DNA of 63,314 bases, filler included, from Rhabdomonas costata (Eukaryota), in assembly GCA_019059605.1 (NCBI GenBank). It is 40 parts of 40 records of this genome, joined end to end, with 100 filler letters (N's around TTAATTAATTAA, not from the genome) between each part and the next. Parts side by side here need not be neighbours in the genome. Positions count along the whole stretch, not along the records: positions 1 to 1,486 come from JAHMHO010014732.1; positions 1,587 to 3,072 come from JAHMHO010014733.1; positions 3,173 to 4,658 come from JAHMHO010014734.1; positions 4,759 to 6,244 come from JAHMHO010014735.1; positions 6,345 to 7,829 come from JAHMHO010014736.1; positions 7,930 to 9,415 come from JAHMHO010014737.1; positions 9,516 to 11,001 come from JAHMHO010014738.1; positions 11,102 to 12,588 come from JAHMHO010014739.1; 32 more parts are not named here. One strand, written 5' to 3'. Positions within the stretch are counted from its first letter, which is position 1. Each line of letters starts with the position of its first letter. Under the pieces are notes generated by a model. That model was not told the DNA's origin. It worked only from the letters and a program-made list of their open reading frames with translations, and did no database searches. Shown here one piece after another: positions 1 to 11,315 of the stretch. The translations under genes were made by a program, and so were the position numbers.

Positions 1-495
1 GTTTTTGGGTTTCGCGTTCCGCGTTCGTGTCGTGGGATGTAGTCGGGGGTTGGCCTTCTATGCGTATGGGGTTACGGTATTCGGTGGTCACGGCCTTCAC
101 GTCGATGTTGGGATGGGTCTTCAAGGTGGGGGTTTACGTTGTTCCGACATCCAGGGGCTGGGATTCGATCTATTTTAGGTCGGGTTCACGTCTTGGGTTC
201 GGGCTGTGCGTGTGCGGTGCGGGTATGCCTTCCCGGTCTTCGGAATTCGTCTTTTGCTTTCTGGGTTGGTCTGGGTTGGGTTGGCGACGGGGAGTGAGAG
301 TGGAGAGTGACACCGTTGATGGTGAGTGGGGACATAGAATGAGACACTTCCAACGCAGTGATCACTAAACTGAAGTTCGTAGGTTTAGGTCTCTTTCATA
401 TAACAACAAAAGGTTCACCCTGTTCCCTGTGAGAAGGAAAGGTTGTGGGTTTCTTGCCGACGCCTGCTTTAGAATCCTAAGCACGCGTTTGGAAA

Positions 496-607
496 ATGTC
501 GCTCTTAACAATGCCGTTTTTGATTCTGAACTTTGGGGGAGAAATGATATACATTCTTGAGCAAAGGCTTCACGCGCAAAATATTGCAAAGGACAAAAGC
601 AACAAAG
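496..607 (+). CDS. OSCP1: OSCP1 (organic solute carrier partner 1) homolog, first coding exon
   Basis: MSLLTMPFLILNFGGEMIYILEQRLHAQNIAKDKSNK matches the conserved OSCP1 N-terminus (P..lN.GGEM.YIL.QRL.AQNI..DK). Similarity stops at a phase-1 GT donor (AAAG|GTGTTT, 608). Confidence 0.9.
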
Positions 608-1486
608 GTGTTTTCTTCATTCCCTGTCTTCCTGTTGTCCACGTTGCTGGTTATCCTGCATATAATACTGCTGTTTACCCACTCATTCTAGATTCACTTT
701 TGTTTGTGTGGTACATGTTTGCGATCCCTTTCTTCAACAACTGCTGTCGGCGGCCCAGCAAAGTCAAAGGCGGCGGAGAATGCGCGGCAGGTTTGGTTGC
801 TGTCGAAGTTGGTAACTGGAAGGGTGCGGGCAGGATGGGGCAACCAATCACTGGGAATCCAAGGAGTCGCTGCAGAGAACGGAAGGTCACTGAGTCGCCA
901 GTCCCGAAATGGAAGCGGGCCGAGCTGTGGCACCTGCGGGCTGGACGATGATCACGACCATGAGCTAGGCGGCGAGTGTTCACAACAGAAAACAATGTCA
1001 CGGTAGCCTATACGCTTCAAACAGGAGGCTGCGCACTCCACTAAAACGCTCTGCGGCCATATCCACCACTCATCCCGTACATTTTCAGGAAGAAGGAAGG
1101 TGCTGCAGGTACTGCGGGTACAGGTAGGCGGTGGAGAAAGCTGCAGCATTTTCAGCGGAATGAAGATTGGTAAATTTTTATTTTCCGGGTTTTTCTTTTA
1201 GTTTTTTCGCATTTTGTCCGCATTCTGGGCATTCTTCTTTCTTTCCCCCTGCCCGCAGCTCCGGCCTTCCCGGGCGAGGCCTCCACTACACTTGCAGCCT
1301 GCGACCTGCAGCCCTTTTAGCCCCCCCAGAGGGGTAGGTGGGGGTAAGCATCATTTGGGTTTATGTCTGGTATTTTTGGGTTCTGGGTCCCAGCCTCACA
1401 TCATCATCTCTACCGGGGTAACTCTTCCTCGGGGTCCCTTCGTCGGAATTTGCTCGAAACTTGAGGGCAGGAGGGCACCACAACCC

Positions 1487-1586
1487 NNNNNNNNNNNNNN
1501 NNNNNNNNNNNNNNNNNNNNNNNNNNNNNNTTAATTAATTAANNNNNNNNNNNNNNNNNNNNNNNNNNNNNNNNNNNNNNNNNNNN
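1487..1586. other. Artificial contig-joining spacer (44 N + TTAATTAATTAA six-frame stop linker + 44 N); first of 39 copies
   Basis: The identical 100-nt block recurs every ~1585 nt and separates 40 similar-sized contigs. Confidence 0.99.
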
Positions 1587-2820
1587 GGGGTTGGGGAAAA
1601 AATATCGGGTGCAAAGAAAGGCAGATGACACAATAATAAGTTAGAGCAGAAACTGAAAGGCAGGTAGGATGCACGGAAAATAGCGACTTAGAGGCACGCA
1701 TTTTGAATCGGGCACTTCCCTTGTTTAAGCGGCTGCCCGTCCACTGGGGCATTCTGCGCGTCCGCGCTTCTCAGGCCCACCGTCTCCCTGGAGCTCCTCG
1801 CGAAATTGGAAAAGTGGGACAAGCTCTACGGCTCCGCCAACCTTAGCGGCAACGGACGAGATGCAACCTCCACTTTCTGAAAACATGTTTTTGGCAAGAA
1901 CAGAACGTTTTAAAAGAAAAAGGATGAGATGCCTGCTTTTATGTGCACTTGTAGTGTTCTTACCTTTCGGTCGTTTTGCTGTTTTTTTAAGGAGCCGACG
2001 TTCTGTCCCAGAGCTTGTACTCCTTAGTCTGACTTTTGCGCGTTGTGCCTGGTTTTTCTTGTTAGGTTTGTTTAGGCTGGCCTGGTCATGGACGGGGGAC
2101 GGGTTACTGGAGTGACCCCGTCCCCTGTGATGTCAATATGGATGTGCCGCGGGCGTTTTCCTTGGATTTTTGTGCTTCGTCTAGAGTGCTTGTCAATACT
2201 GCGTTTGTTGCACTTGCAGCCGTTGCGGTTGCGGTGAGTTTTCAACCTCTGCTTTCCATCAGGTGGTATTTGGTATCTCCCAAATCCTCTGGATTTTTGG
2301 TGCGGGAGTGGTGAACTACATTGTAATGTATGTTTTTGATGTGGGGCAAAGAGGGCACATCTCTCTGTAACAAGGATTCGAGGTGGTGTGGTGTGGTTTG
2401 GTGTTTTGTGTTTAAGAACAACTTTCTGAAACATGCGCGCTTTTTGCGACCCTTTGGACCTGCCACGGGGCGTTCAGGACCAGCCATCATCAGCCTAAAG
2501 CATAAGCTGGGTTAGCCCCCACTGGTTTCAGACCATCCCAGGAAAAGTTTCTCTTGTATACTCGTGCACTCTCCACTCTTCTTCACTCTTTCATCCCTCC
2601 CTTCTGCATTTGTGCTGCTGCTTTGTGCTGGTCGTTGGACGCTGGACATTGAAGTCTTTTGTGAAAAACGAAGAACGAAGGATCGGTGTCTCCCAACACT
2701 TGTGATCCAGTGGGCACTCGCTCAGTAGTGCGCATGTCCCGTTTTCTCCAACGCCCTGTCTTTCATTCATCGCTTTTTTTTTTTTTCGAAACCCTGTCTT
2801 TCTTTTTTGTGTTCTTCCGA

Positions 2821-3072
2821 ATGCTCGGCATGCCGGTCGTGCCCACGCGGCAAAGCCAGCGGCCGCGGAGGACAGGGGTCCTGCTGGCCATCGCCGTACT
2901 AGCAGCGCTGCTGTACTTTTTTGGCCGAGGCACAACTGACGCCCTCACGGCGGCGGGCTGTCGCCGGGGACAGAGCACAGCGTCGTGGGCGAGGCTGAAT
3001 CACAGCATTGCAGAGGATGGCAGGGTGAGGGCAGACCCGCAGCGGCCGATGCTGCTGGTCTGCCCACACCCC
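2821..3072 (+). CDS. N-terminus of a type II membrane protein (possible Golgi glycosyltransferase-like), truncated by contig end
   Basis: Pyrimidine tract, then ATG, a short basic tail, a hydrophobic anchor (GVLLAIAVLAALLYFF) and a GC3-rich open frame to the gap. Confidence 0.5.
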
Positions 3073-3172
3073 NNNNNNNNNNNNNNNNNNNNNNNNNNNN
3101 NNNNNNNNNNNNNNNNTTAATTAATTAANNNNNNNNNNNNNNNNNNNNNNNNNNNNNNNNNNNNNNNNNNNN

Positions 3173-3307
3173 TATAACCGGCCGTCAATTGAGGCGTGGT
3201 TCGCGGCTGGCAACCACACCTCTCCGCTGACCAATCTTCCGCTGGGCGATACTCGGCTGCGGCCAAACATGAACCTGCGAGCTCAGATGCAGAGCTGGAA
3301 AAAGTAA
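3173..3307 (+). CDS. C-terminal U-box domain (E3 ubiquitin ligase), last exon fragment; missed by the ORF track
   Basis: YNRPSIEAWFAAGNHTSPLTNLPLGDTRLRPNMNLRAQMQSWKK* matches the U-box consensus Y.R..IE.W...G..TSP.T...L....L.PN..LR..I..W. Confidence 0.9.
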   Translation, partial: YNRPSIEAWFAAGNHTSPLTNLPLGDTRLRPNMNLRAQMQSWKK

Positions 3308-6300
3308 GGTTTTGCGGTTTCGCTGCGGGTTCCGTTCATTTATTGTGCATGATGTTGTTTTTCTGACTCCCCTTCCCCTAGCAAAGCGTGCCTGCAGGTC
3401 GAAACCTTAGGTTTCTCGAGAAGGAAATGTTCTCCTGCTATTCCTCGCATCATGACAGAGCGCTTTTCTTCCCGCATTCCAACAAGGCCTTGCTCTCCCT
3501 TCTAATTGCGTTCACTCTCGAATTGTGTTTTCTCCTTTTGCTCATCTTCGCCCACTCACGCGAACGCTTTGTCATGATCCTTGCATGTGCGTTGCCACTG
3601 GCTTTGCCTTTCATGGTTTGTAATTTTTGCTTCTTTCATCATGAGCATTGGATCGGTCTGCCTCTTTTACTGGCCTGCGGGTTATTGTCAGAAGGAACAT
3701 TGAGGCCCATGTGCTCTGGGAGACAGTGAAAGGGATGCTGCCAACGCCAGGCTTTTGTTTGCGGACTCTCCAATCAAGGGCGTGCCAGCATGCAACTTTG
3801 TTAGGTGTTAACATCAGCAAACCTTTCTTTCCTGACAAAGGCTGCGAAGTGGGGCTTTGGTGCGAAGATGATGCTTTTCTTTGGGCCTGTGGAAGAATGG
3901 CCTCGCAACGTGCGCAGTTTCTTTTTCAGATTTTGACTGTAAAGCCAAAACGCGGTAGTCGCCTTCTTCTGAGAGCAAGACTTTACACGACATTTGTTGG
4001 GGTCAGGTGGAGCGTTGCGTGGGGCTCAGGTGGAGCGTTGCGTGGCACAGGGGAGTCCGGCACACCCAGCGATCAGTGCTTCATGAGGCGGAAAGGAAAG
4101 GGCTCAAGTTAGACGCCGCGTTGTGGGGTTGAACGGGGCTGAACGATGGGGGAAGCATGCACTCGTGGCCGCAGCTGGGCGTAGCCGTGGTAGCGAACTT
4201 CAGCGTCGTCGTCAACTCTCACGAAGCGGTAGGCCACCACTAGCCCCTGGGCGTACAGCGGGTCCTCGCCACACAGCAAGGGGAAATGGGCCAGTTCAGC
4301 AATTCAGCAAGATCGTTGGGAGACACCACCTCCGGGAGTCCGGCGCGGGGAGGATGCGGTAAGCTTTCCTCTGCAGGGTCTGGACCCAGGCAAGAAGTCT
4401 CTGTTGTTGCAGTAATCCGCTGCTGCAAGATGGAATTAAGATTTTTTTTAGAAGGTCTAAGACGAACACGGGTAGGCCCTGGGATCCGGAATCTCTCGAA
4501 ATCAAAGGAATGCTGAAAGAAAACCGCAAAGTTCAGTTCTACAGCCAGGCAGCCACTGGGTTGTACTCAGTGCTCACATATGTAGAGTTCGGGAGAGTGC
4601 AGCCATCACCCCGACCTTCACTACCATCTCTGCGGCCCCCCAAAAGCATCAAAAATCGNNNNNNNNNNNNNNNNNNNNNNNNNNNNNNNNNNNNNNNNNN
4701 NNTTAATTAATTAANNNNNNNNNNNNNNNNNNNNNNNNNNNNNNNNNNNNNNNNNNNNATCAGAGTGTAGATTTTCAGGGTGAGGGGGAGGGAGCATAAA
4801 GCGTTCTGCACCGTGGATGGCCCCCACAGCCGACCGCACAGCCGCCGTGTCAGATCCCTCGTAGGACTCGGTCGGCGACAGCACTGCAAAGGGTTCTGAG
4901 GGTTTCCCCTGTCACCCCACCCCGGGAAAGAGCCCACAAAAGGTACCAGAACAACCAAATGGGAAGGCATCGCGCGCATCTCTCTCACTCTCCTCACTCT
5001 CACTCACAAGTGACATGAAGCTCCGTGCGGGGTAGTGATGAGTTGCCTTGATAAGGGGAGAGGGAATGTTCGTTTGAGGCCCCCAAAGAAAGGGAGAGAC
5101 GAGATCTTCTTTAAACAAAAGAAAATGACTCATCACAAACTAACCTTCGGCACCAAGTCACCTAATCAAAACGGCCAGGAAACAGCACGAAGCTCGGTCT
5201 GGGTCGCCCCCATTCAGGTCACCGGTGACGTTCCCTCGATCCCGGGTGGCAATGGGCAACCCGATGATCGGAAGCATGCCGGTTCGCAACACCCTTCCCC
5301 ACTATAAATTTAATCCGGAAAAACTGGTCGGAACTGAACTGGGTTGGGCCAAGCTTTTGGAATATTAACTGAAAAAAATTGACAAGCTCTCTTGTACAGC
5401 CAAAAAATTGTGGTACAAAGGTGGTGATGGGAAGAACCTATGTCGTTTCATGAATTTCTATCCAAAAATACCCGTCCGCCTTCAACCCCCCCGCTCCCTC
5501 CGTCCCCAAAAAACCATTCCTTCTGACCTATGCCCGGGTCACGGCTGTGCGCCATGTGAGCATGGAATTATCCTCCACTGCTGCGACACCACGGAAATTG
5601 CCGCACTCTTTGCGTGCACTGTAACAGGTAACTGGCAACAGCCCTTTCCGTTGGAACCGCTCACTGCCTTTTCCACACCGAACGAGTTAGGGGAATGGAT
5701 CATACCTCGGCTCCACCCCAGATCTTCCAGTCGGAATCTGAGGGGAGAGCGATGAAGGAGCCCAGAAGGCCCTCTGGGGTATCACCGATCCGCGAGAACA
5801 CTACAAACAGCGAATTTTGGACAACAGCCACCGCGGCGTGGCGCATTCGCTCGAGCACCCGTGGACCCCTAAGAGGGCAATGAAGCGAGACACACAACTG
5901 CACCGTGTCTAACAAACCGAGTAACTGCTTTTATTAGAGGGAGGGTGGTGTCAAAGGTCTAACAGAGCTAAACGTGAGCACCGTTAATGGAGGATGGTAT
6001 AATACATTTGAACAGGCAAGGTTCCTCCTTTCCTTTGGGGTGATTCGCTCCATCTCCGCCCCTGGGGCTTTTTTCGTGTTCGCTTATGAGGCTTCTCTTC
6101 ATCCAGTTCCGTCGCAAAACCACGCAATGTATTCAAAATTCCAAGACATGTCGGGTAAAACCGCCCTTTGCCATGAGGGGTGCTTTGGAATACTATGGTT
6201 CGGGCAAAACGGGCACCACTAGTGGTCGTTTTGCCCGAACCAAANNNNNNNNNNNNNNNNNNNNNNNNNNNNNNNNNNNNNNNNNNNNTTAATTAATTAA

Positions 6301-8925
6301 NNNNNNNNNNNNNNNNNNNNNNNNNNNNNNNNNNNNNNNNNNNNGTGTTGGGTGTGGTTGGGTTTTGTTGTACACAGCTCTGTGTTTTTTAACATGAGGA
6401 AACCTGCTTACACTCCGAAGAGAGAGAGAGAAGGCAAAGGGAAAGGTGGGGAAAAGGGTCCCCGTAAGTCTGGCGAAATCAGGAGAAGAAGTGATGAAAG
6501 AACTGATTGAAAAGGGCCTGTCAGGGCTCCATAGTGTTGCCAAAAATAGATGAAAATGAAAGGGAAGGAGGGAAAGAAAAAGACGCTGAAATGGAAGTGC
6601 TCGAAATGCAAGCGCAATATGGATGTATACGCAAAAAGTATCTTCAAGGGTGCTTCACAATCACCGCAAGAGATGGCAGCCCTGATTGTGCTGTTGCTTG
6701 CTGCGTGGAAAACCGCCGCTTGGAACTGTAAACACCTCAGCTGTCGCTCGTGAAAGGGGGCCCACAAAACCACTAGCTCACAGCTCAGAAACGCCTGCCT
6801 GGAAGGGGAAAACGGCTGGCCGGGGGGGGGGGCATAAATGCACTAGCGCCCGGTTTGGTATTTTCTCGTGTCCAGGCCTGGCCTAAAGAAGTGCGCGACG
6901 CTGACGAAGACGGTGGATCCCGTTGTGGCGTACGCCGCAACGATCTCTGCCCTCACCATTCCCCCGCTGACGGCGACGGCAGAGGGAAAAAGGCGTCAGC
7001 TTCAGCCCCTGGGGGCTGCACCACCCCGGCCAAAGCTGGTCTCTTCTCCCTCGCCTCTCCTGTTCCCCAAGCAGTTTTTCGTATGCGCAAGATGAATACC
7101 GATCCACTGCCCTCATTATTTTGCTTTGCACGGTGGGAGTCATTCGCCATTAGGAATTGTGTGAAAACCGGTTTCGGGGTAGACATGACGATTCATGACT
7201 CAGGTGGTATAAATATGTCGAAATATGTCTTATCGATTGTTACGTTGGGGGAGGGGGGGGCAAACTGTAGTTTGCAAATATAGCCAGCGATTTGCGTGAT
7301 CGAAAACACTTATTTGGTATTGTTTCCTATTTTGGGGTGACGTTTTCCACGACTTTCCTTTCGTGAGCGCAGAATAGGCAATGTAAAACCTTTGCGGTAA
7401 CCTTCACTTGTTTTTCTGTCGTTGCCGCCTCGGTCAACCCCTACGCCACGATGCGGGGGTTATAACCACTCTAGGGCCGGTAGTTGGAAGTGGGAAATTC
7501 CCCCGTGAAAAATAAACCTCATCTGCCAAAAAAAGAAGGCTCCATGAAGTTCCAAGACATCGTGGACAAAATGCCAGCGAGCAGGTGCCTCGCAAGTTTC
7601 TTATTGGAATCCCTCGGTCCCATGCATCCCCCTCCTTCCCCTTCTCCCCATCGGACCCTCACCTGGGGAAAGGTTATTTCTGTATAGGGAAATTTTTGAG
7701 GCGACGTCCTACCCCTACCCACCAGCACTACCCAATCGTTTCTTTCTGTCGTGATTCCAAAATAGTTTGTTTCGCTCCCCATACCTCCGTAGGAGTCCCT
7801 GCCCAAGGCTCGGCCGGTCACACCCAAAANNNNNNNNNNNNNNNNNNNNNNNNNNNNNNNNNNNNNNNNNNNNTTAATTAATTAANNNNNNNNNNNNNNN
7901 NNNNNNNNNNNNNNNNNNNNNNNNNNNNNGTGTGGTGTGTCTGCAGCTTCACGTTCCTGAAAACAAGAAAAAAAAACTGGCATTGAAAGTAAAGCAAGGG
8001 GAGGGAAAGTGAAGCGCTTATATCTTTTTTAACCTGAAATCAGAGTTCGTTGCAGAATGCAACCAATTGTGGGATGCACGGAAGACGAGACAACAACGTA
8101 CTAGCGTGGTATCAACAACCCAGCTCGAGATTCTTATCATGGTAGATCACACGATACACGTATCCACCAAATGTGCTTGTTACTTGTAATTGTTATCAAC
8201 CCTCTCGAGTTTGGGAATTTGGGAATTAGCTGAGACAATAAAGAAAGAGCCATCAATTGCCCTTGCTGGGGCCAAGCTCCATTTGATGTGAACAAAAGCT
8301 CTGACGAACCACCACCTGGGTTGCGGGTCCAGCACGGAGCGCAGCCTCAGCTGCAGCGCCAGTGGCTCCGATATCAGCTTCGGGTTCCTGCAAAGAGAAA
8401 GGCAGGCAACGCGGGAAACTCAAACAAAACCTAACTTCAAATCTGACACTATACTAACCCCACCGAAGAAGAATGCAGAACAGAAAACTTGAACGAACTA
8501 TGGTTTTACGAAAACTAAGCCGAAGCAGGCCTGGGTCTTTTGTATATGCAACAGGCCTCCGTAAATGGCGCGTCGCCGGTCTCTGGGTCAGAATTTTCTG
8601 GCCATTCACCCTAAGAAGGTTGTGGAGCCCCTTTGAGGCTATTCGTATCCCCTTCGCGCTGCTTCTTGGCCCACACAACGTATTTGCAAAAAGTCTAACC
8701 CCACGCCGAACGGGGACCAGGCCAACGGCTCGAGGCCGCAATCTGTAAAAACCGGGCGATCCGAAAGTTGTGCAACGACCATAAAAAACATCAGATCCAT
8801 GACCACTTATCTATACCGAGCTTGTGGCACACCCACTTCATACCCTTGTTCCCTTGCCTTTCCGAGGAACGGGGTGGGGGTGGGGGAGAGATGAGCAGGT
8901 GAAAGTAAAACCTTTGTACTGGTGC

Positions 8926-9228
8926 TCAGCATGGGTCATTCCACAAACCAGAAACAACTTCAACTTCCACAGAATCCAATTGATGGGAGAGATGGCGGCA
9001 AGAGTAGGATAGGGACGATGACAAGACTGCTACCTCGGGCTCAAACTCCTTCACGCTAACGCCCCCAAACCGAACCCTGCGCAGCCGCCTCGGGAAGTGG
9101 CGGGCGGTGGCACTGGCAATGGCCTGGGCCTGCTGCATCCCTGCAGTGAGTACCTCCACGCGGCCCTGAGAAGCACCTCCTGCACTCGGTACAAGTGCAA
9201 CGAGGGATTCAGCGCAACGTGCGGCCAT
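8926..9228 (-). CDS. Small hypothetical protein (~100 aa) with an RVxF-type PP1-docking motif
   Basis: Open frame MAARCAES...RRLRRVRFGGVSVKEFEPE...WNDPC*. RVRF..V.V.EF resembles PP1-binding segments. No family recognised. Confidence 0.35.
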   Translation of the reverse strand: MAARCAESLVALVPSAGGASQGRVEVLTAGMQQAQAIASATARHFPRRLRRVRFGGVSVKEFEPEVAVLSSSLSYSCRHLSHQLDSVEVEVVSGLWNDPC

Positions 9229-11101
9229 TATGGAGAGGGCGGTGCCGGTGGAAAAAAGGTTGGGCAGAGGAGTGTTCCCCTGGATTGGACCCTCGCGCGA
9301 CTGGCAAGCAAAGCAGGCAGACATGGGGAAGCAAAGTTAAGTTTCGCAAAGCTGAGGGGATCAGACGAGTAAACAAGAGGGGAATACGTGCTTTACATTT
9401 TCTGAAAAAACACACNNNNNNNNNNNNNNNNNNNNNNNNNNNNNNNNNNNNNNNNNNNNTTAATTAATTAANNNNNNNNNNNNNNNNNNNNNNNNNNNNN
9501 NNNNNNNNNNNNNNNTCGTTTTTGGTTTTTGATTTAATCGTTTTTTTGCTATGGCAATGACACTGAACTCTGAAGTCAACGTTGAACTGGTCACATTGAA
9601 CTTTGTTGCGTGCAAAGTGTTTTTTTTTGCAGTCCCAGGCATCAGACAGAGTTTTTCCCGGTAAGCTCTGTCGGAGCTGGGGAACACGGGACCTCGGTGT
9701 GGGGATATCCGGGGAGTTTTTCTGCTTCCTATCGACCTTCTACAGCCCATAAGTGCTGTGGTAAACCATCCGGGAGACGAAGGAGCCGCTTCCTTCTTTT
9801 CAACATTGCTCTCCTTCACATGTGTTTGTGTTTCCTCTCCATTGTTTTCAACGCACAAACAGACACAACTGTCCCCAGGTTAAAGAAGAAATTCAAGCTG
9901 TTGGCGTTCACAGTTATCACAGTTTTGATTGAAAGGGCTGTTAATCAGTAGCCGACTCTCCTGCCGGGACTCGGGACTCGGAATAACCCCAGTACGACAA
10001 CACACAAACAACCATGTGGATTGGATTGGTAGGTATGCGGTGGAGAAACCCAAAAGGACACACCATGCACATGTTTCGTTGCCTGTCTTCTTCATAATCT
10101 TTTCGTGGCAGCTCTACTTCTTCTTGTTCTTCTCTGGTCAGCTGCTTTCACGACACTGTTATGACCGCTCTTGTATTTAAGGGGGCCTTCCACCGGCTTT
10201 GTTATTTGTCATCTTCTCTTGTTAAATGTGAGCTGTTTGTCGCTAATACGTCGGAATCGGACGCAGGTTTTCTTTCACTCTCGCTTTGATGCTTTGTGTG
10301 AAGAGAAACCTACCCGAGGGGCGTTAAACGGCATCGTTATGCCGTTATGCCGTATAACGGCGTTGTACGGTCATTGGGGGGTATATGAAAACGTTTTTTC
10401 GCCATTCACGTTAGTTGTCCTTCACGTTGGTCAGTATTGGTGGTAGGAACTTATTCCTTCTGGACAATTGCAAACAAAAAGCATTAACTTGACCGAAATT
10501 CTGTAACCACTGTTGACCTTGTGTGGTGTACAGGGGATGAACAGGGAACATTGCGTTTTCCCTTCTTTCCTTGTTTTTCTTCCTGTATTTTTCCTGTGGG
10601 GTCAGAATTCCTCAGATGAAGGTCCTTCTACTCGCTCTCTTTTCTCAGAGTTCGCCCTCCTTTCAAAGCAGCCGTACAGTAGTTCACACCTGGATTCCTT
10701 GTGCCGAAAGCCCGAGCGCTCTGAGGGTTTGGTTCCCATCGACGTTATTTCCATATTTGCGCAGGTTTGCACACACAATTTGGAAGCCCACTTCGCTTTT
10801 AGTGTTGACTATCTTGGTTCGCGCTGACGAACCACCAGTTCTGAGTTCACCTAACTCTGTGTCATATATGCAGGCGTATGGCACTTGCTCCGCGGAAGCG
10901 AGCTGGATAGTCAACCTGCAAGGGGAGTCCACCCTGAAAGGTCGTGGATAAATGATTGGAATTCTTACTGAAGGGTGGTCTTTTGCTGATTAACCAACAA
11001 ANNNNNNNNNNNNNNNNNNNNNNNNNNNNNNNNNNNNNNNNNNNNTTAATTAATTAANNNNNNNNNNNNNNNNNNNNNNNNNNNNNNNNNNNNNNNNNNN
11101 N

Positions 11102-11315
11102 CTGGGGTGTGGGAGGCCAGTGCAGGGACCAGCCTGAGCCTGGGCGGTTTTGGTGTGGAGGGGGTCAGGCCGAGGTCCTGCAGACTGCTGGGAAGGGTGA
11201 GGACAGGATTTCGGCGACACCGGCAGTAAGGAAACAGTCGGTGACGGAGAAGGCACACAACCAGCGCACCAACCGCCGACAAGGCCAGAACGGCGAAAAA
11301 AGCGACGAGATACAT
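11102..11315 (-). CDS. Hypothetical protein N-terminus with a hydrophobic signal or anchor, truncated by contig end
   Basis: MYLVAFFAVLALSAVGALVVCLLRHR... follows a pyrimidine tract and stays open to the gap. Confidence 0.3.

Noticed and set aside
4003..4045. Short tandem duplications (also 44711-44740 and 48144-48185)
   Set aside because: Two-copy local slippage with no spacers or associated genes.
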